Position numbers and translations under genes: made by a program. A stretch of 64,000 bases of DNA from NCBI GenBank assembly GCA_951406725.2, contig OX597821.1, forward strand, positions 56,668,001 through 56,732,000, in the 5' to 3' direction. This document shows, piece by piece, positions 1-14,365 of the stretch. The number at the start of each line of letters is the position of its first letter. Position 1 is the stretch's first letter. Under the pieces are notes generated by a model, which saw only the letters and a program-made list of their open reading frames with translations, had not been told where the DNA came from and did no database searches. The stretch is from Octopus vulgaris (taxonomy: Eukaryota).

Positions 1-1244
1 TTTTAAATTGTCCCATTCGACCTAAAGTGTAAATAGCGACAAAGTTATCTGAATAGGCTAGCATCTTATTCAACAGTTGATATGTCTCTCACCCGTCTAG
101 TTCTGCAGAAAGCAATATTGCGTTACTGTGGAAATCCATGATTTGTATAAGAATTAACTTTATCGGCGTGTAAGATTTAACTTTATTCGTATAATAATTA
201 ACTTTATCGACGGGGTATGTGATTTCCTGTTTTGACATTTGTTGTAATATTCTGTCTCCGAGAAAGACATAAGTAAATATCGATCGTGCCTTCTCGAATT
301 TATTATTTCTGTGTTCAACAAATGAGATATTTCACCACAGAATATTAAGTTTTCAATTAACCTTCAGCATAAATGAAGGTGGTAGAATTAACTGAAACAT
401 CAAACTCATTTAGTAATCCAGGATTTCTATAAATAACAAAGCTTACGAAATATTACTTGATGTGAAAGATGTAGAATTGCATGCTTCTTCGCTTATAAAT
501 CAGTTCTTTGTACAGATATTTTATAGTAGAAGGCCTTTGTACTTATTCAATCTAATCTCTTTAGCTGTTCTGTCTCTAAAAATATAAAGCGAAATCAAAA
601 TTAATGTCATTTCCATATGTGTCAGTATAGAAAATTTAAGAAAAGGGCAGGGTAAGACAATTGGACGTGTGAAAAGATTTCGATTCCAGTTTGAAATCAT
701 GTACTTTCATTTGCGCTGCTGATTTATTTGGAAAAATGAGAATGGACGCCGTAGACTCCTTTTTACATATGGGATAATTCTGTTTAACCAAAACAAGCTA
801 TTATAATATTTAGCTCCATATGGTCTAAGAAAGTTATCGGTGGTTTAGTAATGATTCGAATTTCTGAAAATATTTTGTAACTATTCCTGAGAAGGACAGA
901 AAAGTTACATAATAATATTTCTCTTACCTGTGATTTTTATAAATAAACTAACTGGGACGATGATGTAACAGAGACGGTATGCCATACACAATGAGTTGAA
1001 AGTCCTGTATATCATTTTTTTATAACTCAGTTACAATATCCAAATTAATTGTTGGTAACGTAGTATCAAATTATTCCATTAGTTCATCCCTAAATTATAG
1101 TTTCTTCTGAGACCAAATATCCTTGTGCAGTGCAAATTTGTAGAACTGTTTTAGGTTGGGTTTTATTTTCCAAGTTTTTAACAATTGAAATAGTATTTAG
1201 AAAATAATCTTTTTCTTTTCATTTAATTTGTTCCAGAAACAACA

Positions 1245-1338
1245 ATGAAGGTCGTGTTTATAATTTTGCTGGTTGTGTTGCCATTGGCAATGGCAGCTAT
1301 GTCCCAATATGACGAGGATATCGATAAGAGATTCTCTT
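1245..1338 (+). CDS. Secreted Cys-rich peptide precursor, paralog A, coding exon 1 (signal peptide + acidic pro-region + KR): MKVVFIILLVVLPLAMAAMSQYDEDIDKRFS
   Basis: Polypyrimidine tract and acceptor ttccAG (1235-1236) just upstream of the ATG; hydrophobic signal peptide; dibasic KR; phase-1 donor GTAAGT at 1339; near-identical copy at 27331-27424. Confidence 0.88.
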
Positions 1339-1603
1339 GTAAGTTGTCATTTCATTACATTTGGACGTATTTCTATTTAAAGTTATCTACAGGTGAACGA
1401 ATCTACAAGGATGACTTCTTTTGTAAATCTTTATTCTGCAAGTACCCTTGAAAAAGGTATAAACGTCACTCCCAAATACCGCTTTTGTTATCGACAATTC
1501 ACCTAAACGTCTGCGTTCACCAAATTAATGGGAAGAATAAAAAAAAGCCTTGCATGTCTTTCCTTAGCTAGGTTCTACTTTACGTTCTTAAATATCGTTG
1601 ACA

Positions 1604-1820
1604 AAGCTGGCGAGGTTGCAGAATTGTTCACGCGCCAGGCAAAATTCTCAGCGACATTCCGTCCGTCTTCACGTTTTGAGTTAAAATACCACCGAGGTCG
1701 ACTTTGCCTTTCACCCTTTCTGGGTCGATAAAATAAGTACCAGTAGAACACTGTGATCGATGTAATTGAATTATGCCTTCCCCACGAACTTGCTGAACAT
1801 GTGTTTAAAATTTGAAACCA
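1604..1820 (+). mobile_element. SINE (family also at ~25205-25410 and ~27694-27915)
   Basis: Shared core gaggtcgactttgcctttcaccctttc..gtcgataaaataagtaccagt in three dispersed copies. Confidence 0.7.
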
Positions 1821-2139
1821 AATATTGTTGACAAACACCGGGAAAAGAAAGATACGGCCATCCAGTTTATTCACGCCATAGATATTTTTGAATGCTCAAA
1901 GTAAATATGAAGTAATGTTCTCCAATTCTAAAAGTTAGGTGACTCGTCCGCAAGTTATCTGATACCACAAAAATTATCTAAAACAAATCCCCTAAATCTC
2001 AGATATGATTAATTTTATAACCATTTTGCGTCACCAGGTAATTATTGAAGACATTTTGGCTAAGAATTCGGTATGCTATCAATGTCGTCATTGACATTGC
2101 TTGCATAAGTATTAATAAGGGCAATAGATTTCTGATCAA

Positions 2140-3790
2140 TATATCGATGATCACCCCCACATATTTCTCCACAGTAAAATCAACATCAATGGACGGGTAT
2201 AGGGACACTACGTCCATACTGCCTATAATGCGTCCCGTCAGGTCGTAGGCATCGTTGCACTCTTTGATTCTCCTGAGTAGTTCCCCCGAGCTGTCACACA
2301 TATCTCGGGACACTTTTATCAGAGGGCGTATGATTATTAAGAGGAAGTAGGAAATCCGGTAGTTATTGGCAACATTGGCTCAGCAGATTGGTCTCGTCAT
2401 TGGTCCTGTCACTGGGTCAGTTATCATCTTATGGTCCTTGTGCAGTACATACGGTGACTTGTAACTTTTGATCGCCTCATCTGCCACGTTGATGGAGATG
2501 TCATCCGCATAATCCGTAGCTCCTCTGCCACACCAGAGATCATGCGGAACCGCAACAGAAAGGATGGGAGTGCTTGGCTTGAGAGGACTGGTGTGTGTGG
2601 GGGCTTGGGATTGCTTTTCTGAGATGTAGGGCCTGGTGTCTGTACAAGATTGTCTCTTTTTCTTTTTTCCTCCTCTCTCTTTTTTCTTTCTTCGTAGTCC
2701 AAACGAATGTGGCCCTTCTTTCCACACTCATAACAGGTGGGTTTTTTCCTTCCACCTGTATACGAAGGACAACATTCTCGCCCACGAGCACCTTCTCTGG
2801 AAGGAATTCTATGTCTTCCGGTGCCTCCTGAATTATGGTTGAAATGCTCTGTCCCAGCCAACAAGGCAGTCATCACTTCTCGTGGGTCTATTTTTGGGGG
2901 CACTTCTGTCACCTTTACATGGAAAGTGCGCCACCCCGTGTAGACTGTTAGAAGCACCACCTCCTTTGTTTTCATGAGGCTCACAGAGTATCCGTGAGCC
3001 TTCTCCTCAGTTGCGAACCTGATTTCGATTGTCGCATATGCCTTTCCCCTTGCGATATATACAATGTCCTTCCACATAGTGGCCAGGCATTTTTCTATAA
3101 TGTTCCTTTCGAAATGTTTTAACCGCTTGTTCTCAGGACAGTAGGATTTAAATATAACAGATTTTCTTTGTGTCTCTATTGCATTGGAGGTGGGTGATAT
3201 CTTAATATCACAGTCCTACTCCATTCTTTCGAAGTATTCCTTCAGTTTTTCGATTAGAATAACAATGGTTTCAGTTACCACTGCTGCAACTGCCGAAAAT
3301 CTTTTTTACAATATTGGCACCTCCGCCAACATTAACACCACTCTCTTCGAGAGTACATTTTTCTTTAATAATTTCGACCGACATATTCAATCGAAATTAA
3401 TTCAATACAAAAATAATGGCTACAATGGCTTTTTAAAGTTTACAGAAAATGTTCAACAGAAGATATCGCTTCCACTTAAAGTGGAAGCTTATAATAAATT
3501 TTCCTCTAAAACAGGATAATAGCTCGAATCCCGCTGGGGGATGAGAACAAAACCAAAGTCTTAAACGACTTAAAACAGTTCGAATTTTACACAAAATTCA
3601 AAAGAAAAAAGTAATGCCACAATGGCCACAGAATTAAATTTAACAGTTCGTATTTCCCGGTATACCGGGGAATAGTAAAAATAAATACAGTTCAACAAAT
3701 ACAACAACGGTAACGATCCCCCCAAAAAGCGGAATGCAACAATAGCAAAACGCTTACCAGCACAAAGAAGCACGACCACGTCGTACGACC
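2140..3790 (-). mobile_element. Decayed retroelement fragments in intron 1 of paralog A: gag-like ORF1 with zinc knuckle plus an RT fragment
   Basis: ORF 2424-3077 has CYECGKKGHIRLDY (degenerate CCHC knuckle); ORF 1999-2313 has GSMDVVSLYPSI (Penelope-type RT motif); absent from paralog B intron. Confidence 0.6.
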
Positions 3791-4009
3791 GGAAGCAAGC
3801 TTCTTACCACACAGCCATTCTTGCGATTGCTTTTAATATTTTTTAAGTTTTAATTTTTTAATATTTTGAAAATTATTTCCATTTAATTTAATTCAACATT
3901 ATATTTCGCCTTCAATTTTATGTAGTTTTAGAATAACTTTTATTTTATTTTATTTTAGTTATTAGCATCACATTTCTCCCTCTATCTCTATTTTCTCAGA
4001 CGATTTGTT

Positions 4010-4620
4010 TTTTCTCAGACAAGAAAAACTTTGATCAATAACAGAAGAAATGACAGACGTGCAGACCCTTCTCAAGTTCCAAGTGCTATGCATACAAAAG
4101 TTCCTAAAACTGTCATGGTTTAGGGGTTGTCATCAATAAAGGGCATGTAATGCCTCCTTATTTCTGTCCACAAGGATTTAGAGTTAACTCCACCGCTTAC
4201 ATTAAGATCCTGAAAAACATTGTTAAGCCCTGGATGGGCAGTGTATGCAATGGAAAGCCATATGTGTTTCAGTAAGACTCTGCGCTATCATACATGGCTC
4301 TAGTAACGCAGGAATGGATAACTGAAAATTTTTCATGATCACATAACCTCTAACATTTGGCCTCCTAATTCCCCAGATATCGATCCATTGGACTATTACA
4401 TGTCGAACGTTGTTGAGAGAGAGGTCAGTAAACACAGTCATAACACCAAAGAGTCTTTGAAATCTGCCATACTCAGAGTAATGTCGAAAATGAATCTCGA
4501 CCACTCGATTCGAGCATGTGGATGATTTAGATCTCGTATAGAAACGGTTGTTGAAACTTAAAAGAATGCTTATCTTTATCCCCATAGTATTTTTTGATAA
4601 ATAAAGTTATTTGTTATTAT
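4010..4620 (+). mobile_element. Tc1/mariner transposase relic
   Basis: tggcctcctaattccccagatatcgatccattggactattac encodes WPPNSPDIDPLDYY; stops and frameshifts present. Confidence 0.65.
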
Positions 4621-4735
4621 ATAACTGTTTTTATATAAACATAAATCTGTCCTCTAATATCGTATGCACCTTGTATTTGTGTGTCTGTGTTTGCCCAATC
4701 ACCATCACTTGACAACCTATGTTTGTGTGTTTACA

Positions 4736-4913
4736 CAGGCGTGGCTGTGTGGTAAGTAGCAAGCTAACCAACCACATGGTTCCGGGTTCAGTCCCACTGC
4801 GTGGCATCTTGGGCAAGTGTCTTCTGCTATAGCCCCGGGCCGACCAATGCCTTGTGAGTGGATTTGGTAGACGGAAACTGAAAGAAACTGAAAGAAACTG
4901 AAAGAAGCCTGTC

Positions 4914-4977
<64 letters not shown>

Positions 4978-5170
4978 TTGTGTGTCTGTGTTTGTCCTCC
5001 CAACTGATGCTGGTGTGTTTACGTCCCCGTCACTTAGCGGTTCGGCAAAAGAGACCGATAGAATAAGTACTGGGCTTACAAAGAATAAGTCCCGGGGTCG
5101 ATTTGCTCGACTAAAGGCGGTGCTCCAGCATGGCCGCAGTCAAATGACTGAAACAAGTAAACGAGTAAAA
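4736..5170 (+). mobile_element. tRNA-derived SINE with internal (TA)n(TG)n microsatellite and LINE-like 3' tail
   Basis: Head ggcgtggctgtgtggtaag...ccgggttcagtccc (A/B-box-like); tail aaggcggtgctccagcatggccgcagtcaaatgactgaaac; related copies at ~6834-7120, 21615-21850(-), 28540-29590(-), 31645-31880, 34415-34965. Confidence 0.8.
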
Positions 5171-5440
5171 GAATAAAGGAATAAAAGAACATACACGTAT
5201 GTATGTGTGTGTGTGTGTGAGTGTGTGTGTATACCGACATACACACACAGAATACATATACTATATATATATATATATATATGTATGTGTCTGAGTGTGT
5301 GTGTGCGTATGTGTTTGTGTCTCTGTGTGTTTGTGTGTACGTGCGTGTGTGTGTGTGTGTGTATGTGTATGTGTGCGTGCGTGTATGTCTGTGTGTGTGT
5401 GTGTCTGTGTGTGTGTGCGCGCGCGTGTGTGTGTGTATTC

Positions 5441-5850
5441 TACGATGGTAGGATAAAACGTTCATAGGCTGACTATGAAGAAGTGATTCTAGAGCTGTGA
5501 AATCTTGCATGCACTTCAACTCTTCTTATCAATAACTGTATTGGTTCTTGGTTGATTACTGTCCTTATTCTCCTGATTTGGTCCCATCTGACTATCGTCT
5601 ATTCCCCAACATGAAAAAACACCTGGCTGGGAACCAGTATAGTATTGAGGATAACTTCATATCAGATGTTAATGACATTTTTGACCAACAGGATGAAAGC
5701 TTGTTCACCAGTGGGATCGAAACACTACAACATCGATGGAAGAAGTGTGTGGACCGCAAGGGTGACTATGTTTAAAGATAAACTTCCTTTGGTCACATTC
5801 ATGACTGTACCTTTTCTGCCTATGAACTTTATAACCGACTCTCGAATACT
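5441..5850 (+). mobile_element. Internally deleted mariner element just upstream of exon 2
   Basis: Imperfect TIRs (tacgatggtaggataaaacgttcataggc / gcctatgaactttataaccgactctcgaa); PYSPDLVPSDYRLFPNMK and RWKKCVDRKGDYV motifs; longer homologous relic at ~29660-30368 in copy B. Confidence 0.75.
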
Positions 5851-5920
5851 ATATATATATTTTTTTATTTACTAACAATCCTTAAAATTAATTATTTTCT
5901 TTTTTTTTCATATTTCTTAG

Positions 5921-6035
5921 TGTCCGATCTTGTTGAGAAGCTCCGTAGCTTAGATTTATCTAAAGGCTGTGAATCTGCATGCTCAGCAATTGCCGGAGGA
6001 TTTTGGAGTTTTCTCTGTCCTTCAGCCTGCGACTT
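5921..6035 (+). CDS. Paralog A coding exon 2 (mature peptide core): LSDLVEKLRSLDLSKGCESACSAIAGGFWSFLCPSACD
   Basis: Acceptor tttcttAG ending 5920, donor GTAAGT at 6036; 115 nt, phase 1 to phase 2, open in frame with exon 1; four Cys as C-x3-C-x11-C-x3-C; same length and phase as 30434-30548. Confidence 0.85.
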
Positions 6036-6688
6036 GTAAGTAGAATCATTTATAAACGTCACACTCTTCTATTACTATTAAATATATACCAACCTAATGA
6101 ATTAAAGTTTACTTTAAAAAATTCCGAAATTGTCAAACTATCCGGAAATTAGAATTATAGTACAATGTCTGACATTTATTTCCTTTAGACACTGTTGAAA
6201 AAAGTTAATTCGCAATGGCTTAAAAGCTGTAGCATATTTGATATAAATGTGTAGAAGATTGAATGTTTAACAACTTTATCATTTGATAACATGCAAATGC
6301 GAAAGCACAAGATTGAGATGGCAGAAGAGGAAATAATAGTATACCGACAGAAAGGGATCACTATTCCTATTTTCGATGGAGTTTGTGATCTCCCGTTTCG
6401 GCTTTTATTGTAATATTCTACCTCTGAGTATAGCTAAATATTAATGGTACCTTTTCAAATTTATTCTTTTATCTCTTCATCAATATAACTGAAGGCAATG
6501 GTTGTTGAATATAATTATTTAACTTCAATTTGGAAATGCTTCTCAGAAAGAATATTAAAATGAAAGTCTGTTGACTAAAATGTTTTCAACGCAACGATAG
6601 CTTTAAATTATTTTGATTGTTATTTCAATAATTATATTTAATTCATTTAAAATTGGTTTTATTATTACATTTTCTTTTATCATTACAG

Positions 6689-6704
6689 GCTTGTTGGTAA
6701 TTAA
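6689..6704 (+). CDS. Paralog A coding exon 3 (LLVGN*), followed by AATAAA at 6736-6741
   Basis: Acceptor cattacAG ending 6688; phase-compatible; stop TAA 6702-6704; homologous exon with the same stop position at 31210-31225. Confidence 0.72.
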
Positions 6705-8680
6705 TGCAGTATGTAAACATATCCTAAGTATCGAAAATAAACAATGAGAAGTTATTCGTTTTACTTCTTTTCTTTTCTAATGTCACCATTATTATTTGAA
6801 AGTAACAATTGTAAATATTTTCACTAACCACTTCGCAGGCGTGACTGTGTAGTAAGAAGCTTGCATCACAATCATATGGTTCCGTGTTCAATCTCAGTGC
6901 ATGTAAACTAGAACAAGTATCTTTTACCGTTGCCTCGGGCCGACCAAAGCTTTGTTAGTGGATTTCGTAGAGAGAAACATAAAGAAGCTCATCGTATATA
7001 TGTGTGTGTGTGTGCGTGTGTGTGTTGGTTCTTTTATGTGTCTCTGTACGTGTGTTTGTCCCTCTACCATCGCTTGACAACCGACGCTGTATTTACACCC
7101 TGTAAATTAGCAGTTCGGCACAGTTTACTAAATCTTACTTAATATATATTATAATTAAAATTAGATTCTTCATATTACTAAACATATTGTTATATTAACC
7201 CTAGCGTGGGTTTAGCCATACTGGTCTACCACAGTATTTCACTTCTATTCAAACACAATAAACCTAAGGGTTATAATATCTCATAGGAAGTCATCTTCCG
7301 CAGTGCTCAAATACGAACCTATACAATCTAGAGAGGGGATAAGCTAATATTAAGTTATTACATTTAAGTTATGTTCTACAGTGGGGTTGTGTTGGTCCTA
7401 AGTATGTAGGACAAATAGGGTCCACTATAAGTAGAGGTAGACCCGTATGCTAGTTGAAAAATTAAATCCAGATTGAAACTAGCACAAACAAGCTCACTCA
7501 TGGTATAAAAAGTACGTAAAAATAAAATTAGCTACTCGGGGGTCTTAGCATTGGGGTTAAGCACCATGCCTTCTGTATTCCAAATTAGGTTCATGATTGA
7601 AAGAGCTGGTATTTGTTACAGGGGGGTGAGTAGTCTATATTAAAGAGGAATGACTTAATAAGTACATAATGTGGTTGGTTGTTATAGGTGGGGATGATTT
7701 AAATATAACTGGCCAATTGTAGAGATGGCTGGACTTTGGTCAATTCCATTACGGATAACAGGTGGTTGGTCTCTAGAATATTTCAGTAAAAACTTTTACG
7801 GGTTTGGTTTTGAGTAAATACAATTAGCTCTATTTACGAAATCATAGGTACAATTCTTTTTCTCGACATAATAGCTATTCCTGTTTTACTTTAGCACTAG
7901 TTTTATTTTACTACTATTTATAGAACCTGGTACCTCTATATAAAGAGATAACCCATAAATTATTTCTCTAGTTCATTTGCTAGTTCACTCTTTTGCCTAT
8001 CGACATAAAGCTTCACATTGCAAAATGGTATGATTCTAATATATTGAGTCTTCTGGCTTCTTTTCGAGGCCCTGTTCTTTCCTCTTCGCTCTCCCTCTTC
8101 CCTTCGTTTATTTTATTTTATGAATTTGTATTCACTCTGATGAAGCTCCATGTACTAGATCGAATGTGGTATAAAGATGGCGAATATTATTTTCGGAATT
8201 TTCTTTGTAAGCACCGACTGACATACGCAGCCGAATCGGCCGAAAATAGTGTTATGTTTTGTGTTTAAAAATAATTAACCGATGTTGGTCAATTTGTTTG
8301 TTGATCAAACGTTTTCTACATTTTCTGCTTATTTATATTTGATTCCTAATAAACTTTTGTTTAATCTAACATTACTTGTACTCTAAGAGCATAGTGCGCA
8401 TGCTTACCCATGCCCAAGGATGACATAGGTAAATGATACCGGTAGTAAGAACGGATATTCTTATCCCTTAGACGTTTATTCCAACCGCTAACTCTGCTTA
8501 CTTATATATACACATATATACACTTTATTATTAAAACTGCAAAAACATCACAAGAATATTACAAAAATACCACAAAATCACAAAAATCTACCTCCGGCAT
8601 TCGGGTACTAATATTTCACACTTTGTATTACGCTTATGTACTTACTCTGGTATATAAATAATTCATAATTAATTCAAAAG

Positions 8681-8749
<69 letters not shown>

Positions 8750-8851
8750 GTAGGTAGGTAGGTAGGTAGGTAGGTAGGTAAGTAGATATAGATATCGATA
8801 TGTGCATGTATATGTATATATGTATGTGTGTATATATATATGTATGTGTGT

Positions 8852-8912
<61 letters not shown>

Positions 8913-9028
8913 CCTAATATATGGGGTCATGTAACTCGTAGTGCTCATAAAAAAGCTCCTTAATGTACCGCCCTACTAAACATGCAGCATATAAAATGCA
9001 AAACAAGAGAAAAACAAGGAATTCTTTG

Positions 9029-9075
<47 letters not shown>

Positions 9076-9169
9076 CTTATATTTATAAATTTAACCTTTA
9101 AAGGTATTTTTTGATATGCTGGCCATTGATTAATTTTTTTCTTTCGAAAGAAATCTTATCCTACATTAG

Positions 9170-9226
<57 letters not shown>

Positions 9227-12221
9227 TAAAAATTTTATAATCAGGTATACACATTGTAATGTACTGTTAAAAGCTCTTTCACAATATTCGGTTACGTGAT
9301 ATCAACATCCGTATGGGTGTATATGCCACTGGATTTACTTGAAGAATTGCTTTATTTTATAAGAAAAAAAAATGGAAATTCATGACACTCTTTTTTTCGG
9401 AACCATTACGATCGTTTCAACCCGTCATGCACCGGTACCCTCCAGGCGAGATGTTGTACAAACAGTTGTGATGCATCTTATGTGCGGAAGCGTCTCCTCT
9501 GATGACTTATTTAAAATTACTTCGTTTTCTATTTGCGCTTCTCTTATTTGTGTAACAATACATTTTGATAAGTGTAGCGTACTCTGCGTCCTCATAAGAA
9601 CTGAGATATAAAAAAAAAATCTTCTCATATCAGCAATAAAATGAAGTATGCAAGTATAAAGAAAATGAGGAGTCAAAAATAAAATGCGTCAAAGAAAATG
9701 AGACACACTGTTAAATAAAACAAAATATACATGCGATCAGAATAGAGCAAAAACAACATCGGACATTTATACTGATCTTTACATCTTCTCAAAACAAATA
9801 TTGTAGCGTATTCTCGTATGTGTATGTATGTATGTATGTATGTATGTATGTATGTATGTATGTATGTATAAGGTATGTGTGTGTGCTCGTGTGTGTGTCC
9901 TTTCTTCGAGGGGCCGGAGCCCTACATGAACGTGAGTTTTCGCTACAAACTTTCTTAGCCGAGGTAGCTCTAAGATTCTCTGAAACCTGGATCGCTAATT
10001 ACTCGACAAGAAGTTTTCACTCCATGCATCCATTTCCAGCACTACCATTTCCAGCGAGTATAGGATTCCCCGTTCGCAGACAAAACCTATAAGTGTCCTT
10101 ACGATCTAAAAGAAGTCCGAAAGATAAATTCCTTGTTCCCCATCTACTAGCCCACAATTAGCTGCTCTAGGGGAGATAAGCCGTCATCACTGACGCCGAG
10201 CTATTTATTCTTGGATGACTAAATGACCAATGACTGTAACAGATTTCTGCCGCAAAGTTAGACACTACCGATTCACTGATATACATGCATAAAATCATAT
10301 ACGAGTCTCTCACTGAGCTGCACTCATCTCGCTCACGTACATACATGTACAAATCTGATGAGGATTTTCTTTCTTAGTATTTTTACAATTATACTCTGGT
10401 TTAATATTCCATCACAATTCTGATTTCTCTTGCATACAGCTTATTTAATTTTTGCTTTATTTCTCATCTTCTTGGAATCGCGGACTTTTGCAACGTAAGC
10501 TTGTACAGTATTTCGTGTATAAGGTAGCAGTGCACTGCACACGAGAGTATTTTCTGATAGTACTATATAATTTAACCAAAATTCTTAGTCCTCCATTCAC
10601 ACTTTTCTAATGCATGCTCCTTTATGCACTTCACATATGCAATTCCTGCACTATTCTCATCATTTTGTTCAATTCACAATGAAGGGATTTTATACTAGCG
10701 GGTAAGTCATTTCGCAATCAGATCACTGTATCTAATGTCGCGACTCGCTATAATATTACCCATGTGATCGAAACAAACCTGATCAATAGAGACTTCGCAT
10801 GAAATACACTCAAACAACTATTTTATCTTTTGGTGCAATCTTTTCTGATCCCGGCCATCAATATATAATTCTGCGCATCTTAGCTGCTTAGGTAGAGATG
10901 AGACGGTAGACAGAATGTAGAGACGTAGACAGCAGCTAACCCCATGTTTTGACTGCTGCTACAGCCACACCAAGCCAAGAATAATTATCTCCAAACTCTA
11001 TCGTTGTTTTGTCGTTCTTTGTTTAAGCAAATAAACATTTTGTTTGTCAAAATTGCTAATAGACATCAGTAGTCATCTTCCCTACAAGTACTACTGTTTT
11101 GGGGTACAAAATGAAATCAATATCGTTATGCACAACATCGAGGGTCACCAAAAACAGCTTCTGACCCTCCTACGCGGATATTTGATGTTGAAAAATATAT
11201 GAAAATATGTGAATTCCACGGTATCAATTTAACTTGTCCCTCATAAAATAATACTTTAAGTATATTGAGGAAAATTTCAAGCAAATGTTTTGTGGCAAAG
11301 AGTTCAGCTGTCCATTGTTTGACTCTAAATTATATCAGTTCACATATATCTCAGTGTTACAATAAGCGCATGAATTGCACAACGTCTCATTTCTCCTATC
11401 TCAGTTGATTGTTTTCGCCATGTCAGAAAAGAAAAAGAAACATACGTATACATTGTATCACAAAATAACGATCAAGTTAAAAGAAATACAATAAGTTAAT
11501 AAAATAAGCATCTTTAAAATTTATTTATGACTCATTTGATTTAATCGACTGTGCAGTATTTTCTTTGTAAACTCTAATATTTTCCTAGACAATCTAATTT
11601 GGGAAAAGCAAAAATAAACTGTTAACGAAAGGAAAATTATGGCGCAGTACACAAAGTTATACAAGGGAGTGAACTCTATAAATAATTATCTCCCTCGAGT
11701 CTGGTTAATTACATTTATTTCTGATATTAAATATAAAATATTTTAAGCGATGATATTGCAGCACAAAGTTCTGCTAATTATTCTATGCTCGTAAGAAAGA
11801 AAAGTTGTATGAAGACAATGAACGATGACTTCAATTACAATGTCAGTGAAATCCTAAGAAAGTTCTAAATGACTTCTGTTGCTTTAAAAATACTGTTTCT
11901 CAAAATTTGTAAAACAAGGTTGCAAAAATAGCAAACGGAGCAAATTTGTAATTCGTACTAATATGGCTTCAAAACAAAAACACATGTTATATATAATATA
12001 ATATAATATAATATAATATAATATAATGTAATGTAATAATCAGGCTTTCAGTAATAGGCACATGCACACAAACATACCTGAATAGTTAAGAAGTACGCTT
12101 CGCAATCAAATGGTTTCGGGTTCAAATTACACAGCACAACATCTTACTATTCCTCCACCCCGCCCGTCTAATGCATTCAGAGTTCATTTGGTAAACGGAA
12201 ATTGCATGAAACTCTGTTGTA

Positions 12222-12276
<55 letters not shown>

Positions 12277-12301
12277 ATATCTATCTATCTATCTATCTAT
12301 C

Positions 12302-12377
<76 letters not shown>

Positions 12378-12408
12378 GTTAAACACTGGTGTTATTCAAA
12401 TCTTTTTA

Positions 12409-12493
12409 CTTCCGACGTGTTTCGAAGACAACATTGGTATTATTCCAGAAGGAATACGATGGTGTAAAACAATGCAATCTACTCATCAGGGAA
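12409..12493 (-). ncRNA. Type I hammerhead ribozyme motif in Penelope terminal repeat
   Basis: Minus strand reads ttccCTGATGAg-[long stem II]-cGAAACacGTCggaa; stem I ttcc/ggaa; copy at ~15816-15903 has CCGATGA. Confidence 0.7.
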
Positions 12494-13923
12494 AGAAATA
12501 AACCAAAGACATCAATAAGACATTTTAACAGAATATGATGACTGCTTATATGATGAAGGGAACGCTATCAAGTTGTTTGTTTTAAAAAAACTGTTAATAT
12601 ATAACGTCAAAGGTAGTTTATAGAAAGACAAGGAGGAGAACAAAAAAACATGAGCACAAAACTCATAGTGGAGAGATATAGAGCGATAGGTGAATAAGAA
12701 TAAAGCTTAAAGGAATGGAAGTAGATATATTTATTGAAGTGCAATATAAGAAGACAGTCAAAGATTGAATCATATAGATTGGTAGAAATCACTTTTAGGA
12801 ACTAAAGGTATGTTTCTGCCAATGTTTGCAACGATAAACGCGTTCTGTAAACGTGTTTAGAAATGGATTCTTTGAGAATAGGATAAAAACCATTTCACTA
12901 TTACAAAGGGAGCTAAAAGATTTACCTTTGTCATAAGGTAAAGAAATAGAAAGAATATTCCATTCCAAATTAAATTGTGTATTATGATCTGTTAGATACC
13001 AGATTAATTTACTAAGCCCAGTATTGTTACGTTTATTGATATGCCTAACTGTAGAGTAATGATTATATATTCTTTTGGACAGCTGAGATGAAGAACTGCC
13101 TATATAAAAAAAGACGTTAGAAGCAGAAGTAATTTTACATTTATAAATAGAGATTCTAGTCTTAGAATTACTGCTAAGGAAACGAATGCGATTGGAGTTG
13201 ACTTCATAAACAGTAACCCCACTGTTAATATTATTTAAAGAATGGTTAGTGTTAACAAAATCAATGTTAGTATTTTCATTTAGTGGATTTGTATTTAACA
13301 ACTTATTATGCGAAGAGGTGATTTATGAAAGGTTTTTGGGTTAGAAAAATCTATTCTAATTCGGTTTGAGTTAATAATCGAATAGTATCTTGAATTTCTT
13401 GGGTAATTCTTTTCTATAGCTTCACAAAACTGGTAAAGGAGGTTAAATTTGATCTGCCTACCATATGCAATTATTAACCAAACAGTCTTTCTGGGACATA
13501 CCTTGTTTTTAAGGTAATTGTCTTTAAAAGTCCTCGAAGTACCTTTATAATGAAAAATAGTCTTATATAGTCTTACGCTGAAGAAATACATTACTCGATT
13601 TGGTGTTGTTATTCGAAATAAAATTGAAGTTGTTAATATCGTTACAACTTAATTTTATGTCCTGATTAATAGAGGTAGAATTAATGCCTACATGGTTAAT
13701 ATAGGTAATTTTTCTTTATAGCCTGCTTTAAGTAAGGCAGAGTTATAAAATTCAGCTTTATCATTGAAGATATCAACATTTAGAAGATAATCTAGAAAGT
13801 CTAAGTGAAATATTCCTAACTAAATTCTTTGTAATAGCCTTAGAGTGATTACTGAAAGAGCTAATATATTTTAAATTAGTTGAGGGCTTATTCTATGGGA
13901 AATATGAAACATTATGCAAGTTT

Positions 13924-14365
13924 AGCCAGCTGGAGACGATGATCTCCTGGGGCTAAAAGCTACAGTAACACCCACCCTTAGTGGTTAGCCATATTGAGAT
14001 GGCTAGTATAATTTACGTTGTCGAGCAGTTACTGTTTACATCTCGTTCAGAGATTTATTATTGCTTGCAGACAGTTTTTCGAAATCAATGACCGAAGTTA
14101 CTAGAAAAACAATAAGTATTTGCAAACAGGTATCCCTTTCATCGTAAACCGGTGAATGCCGTACGCCGAAGTCAGGCAAATACCTAGAAACTGCAGTCCG
14201 TGCGTGTCACTTAGGTTTACGAGAGAGGGATGACCTCCCTTTGCAAATACCATAAGGGCACAGAAAGTGTGTCTAAAGCCAGCTGGAGACGATGATCTCC
14301 TTGGGCTAAAAGCTACAGTAACACCCACCCTTAGTGGTTAGCCATATTGAGATGGCTAGTATACT
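13924..14365. mobile_element. Small non-autonomous element nested in the Penelope ORF (family also at 32427-32850 and ~54118-54275)
   Basis: gccagctggagacgatgatctcc..ggctaaaagctacagtaacacccaccc repeated at 13925 and 14278; reverse complement matches 32500-32800. Confidence 0.65.

Noticed and set aside
1245-1451. 68-aa single-exon ORF from the ORF track
   Set aside because: Only the first 31 codons are exon. The rest reads through a GTAAGT donor, and the continuation is not conserved in paralog B, where it meets an early stop.
5076-5519. HT/VC/YI-rich ORFs (also near 8634, 36761, 39359, 41316, 43092, 55090)
   Set aside because: Dinucleotide and tetranucleotide microsatellite translations.
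7140-8640. Possible old Penelope relic with CTGATGA at ~8137
   Set aside because: Copy-A-specific insert, but I could not find a matching GAAA/stem III or a convincing protein motif.
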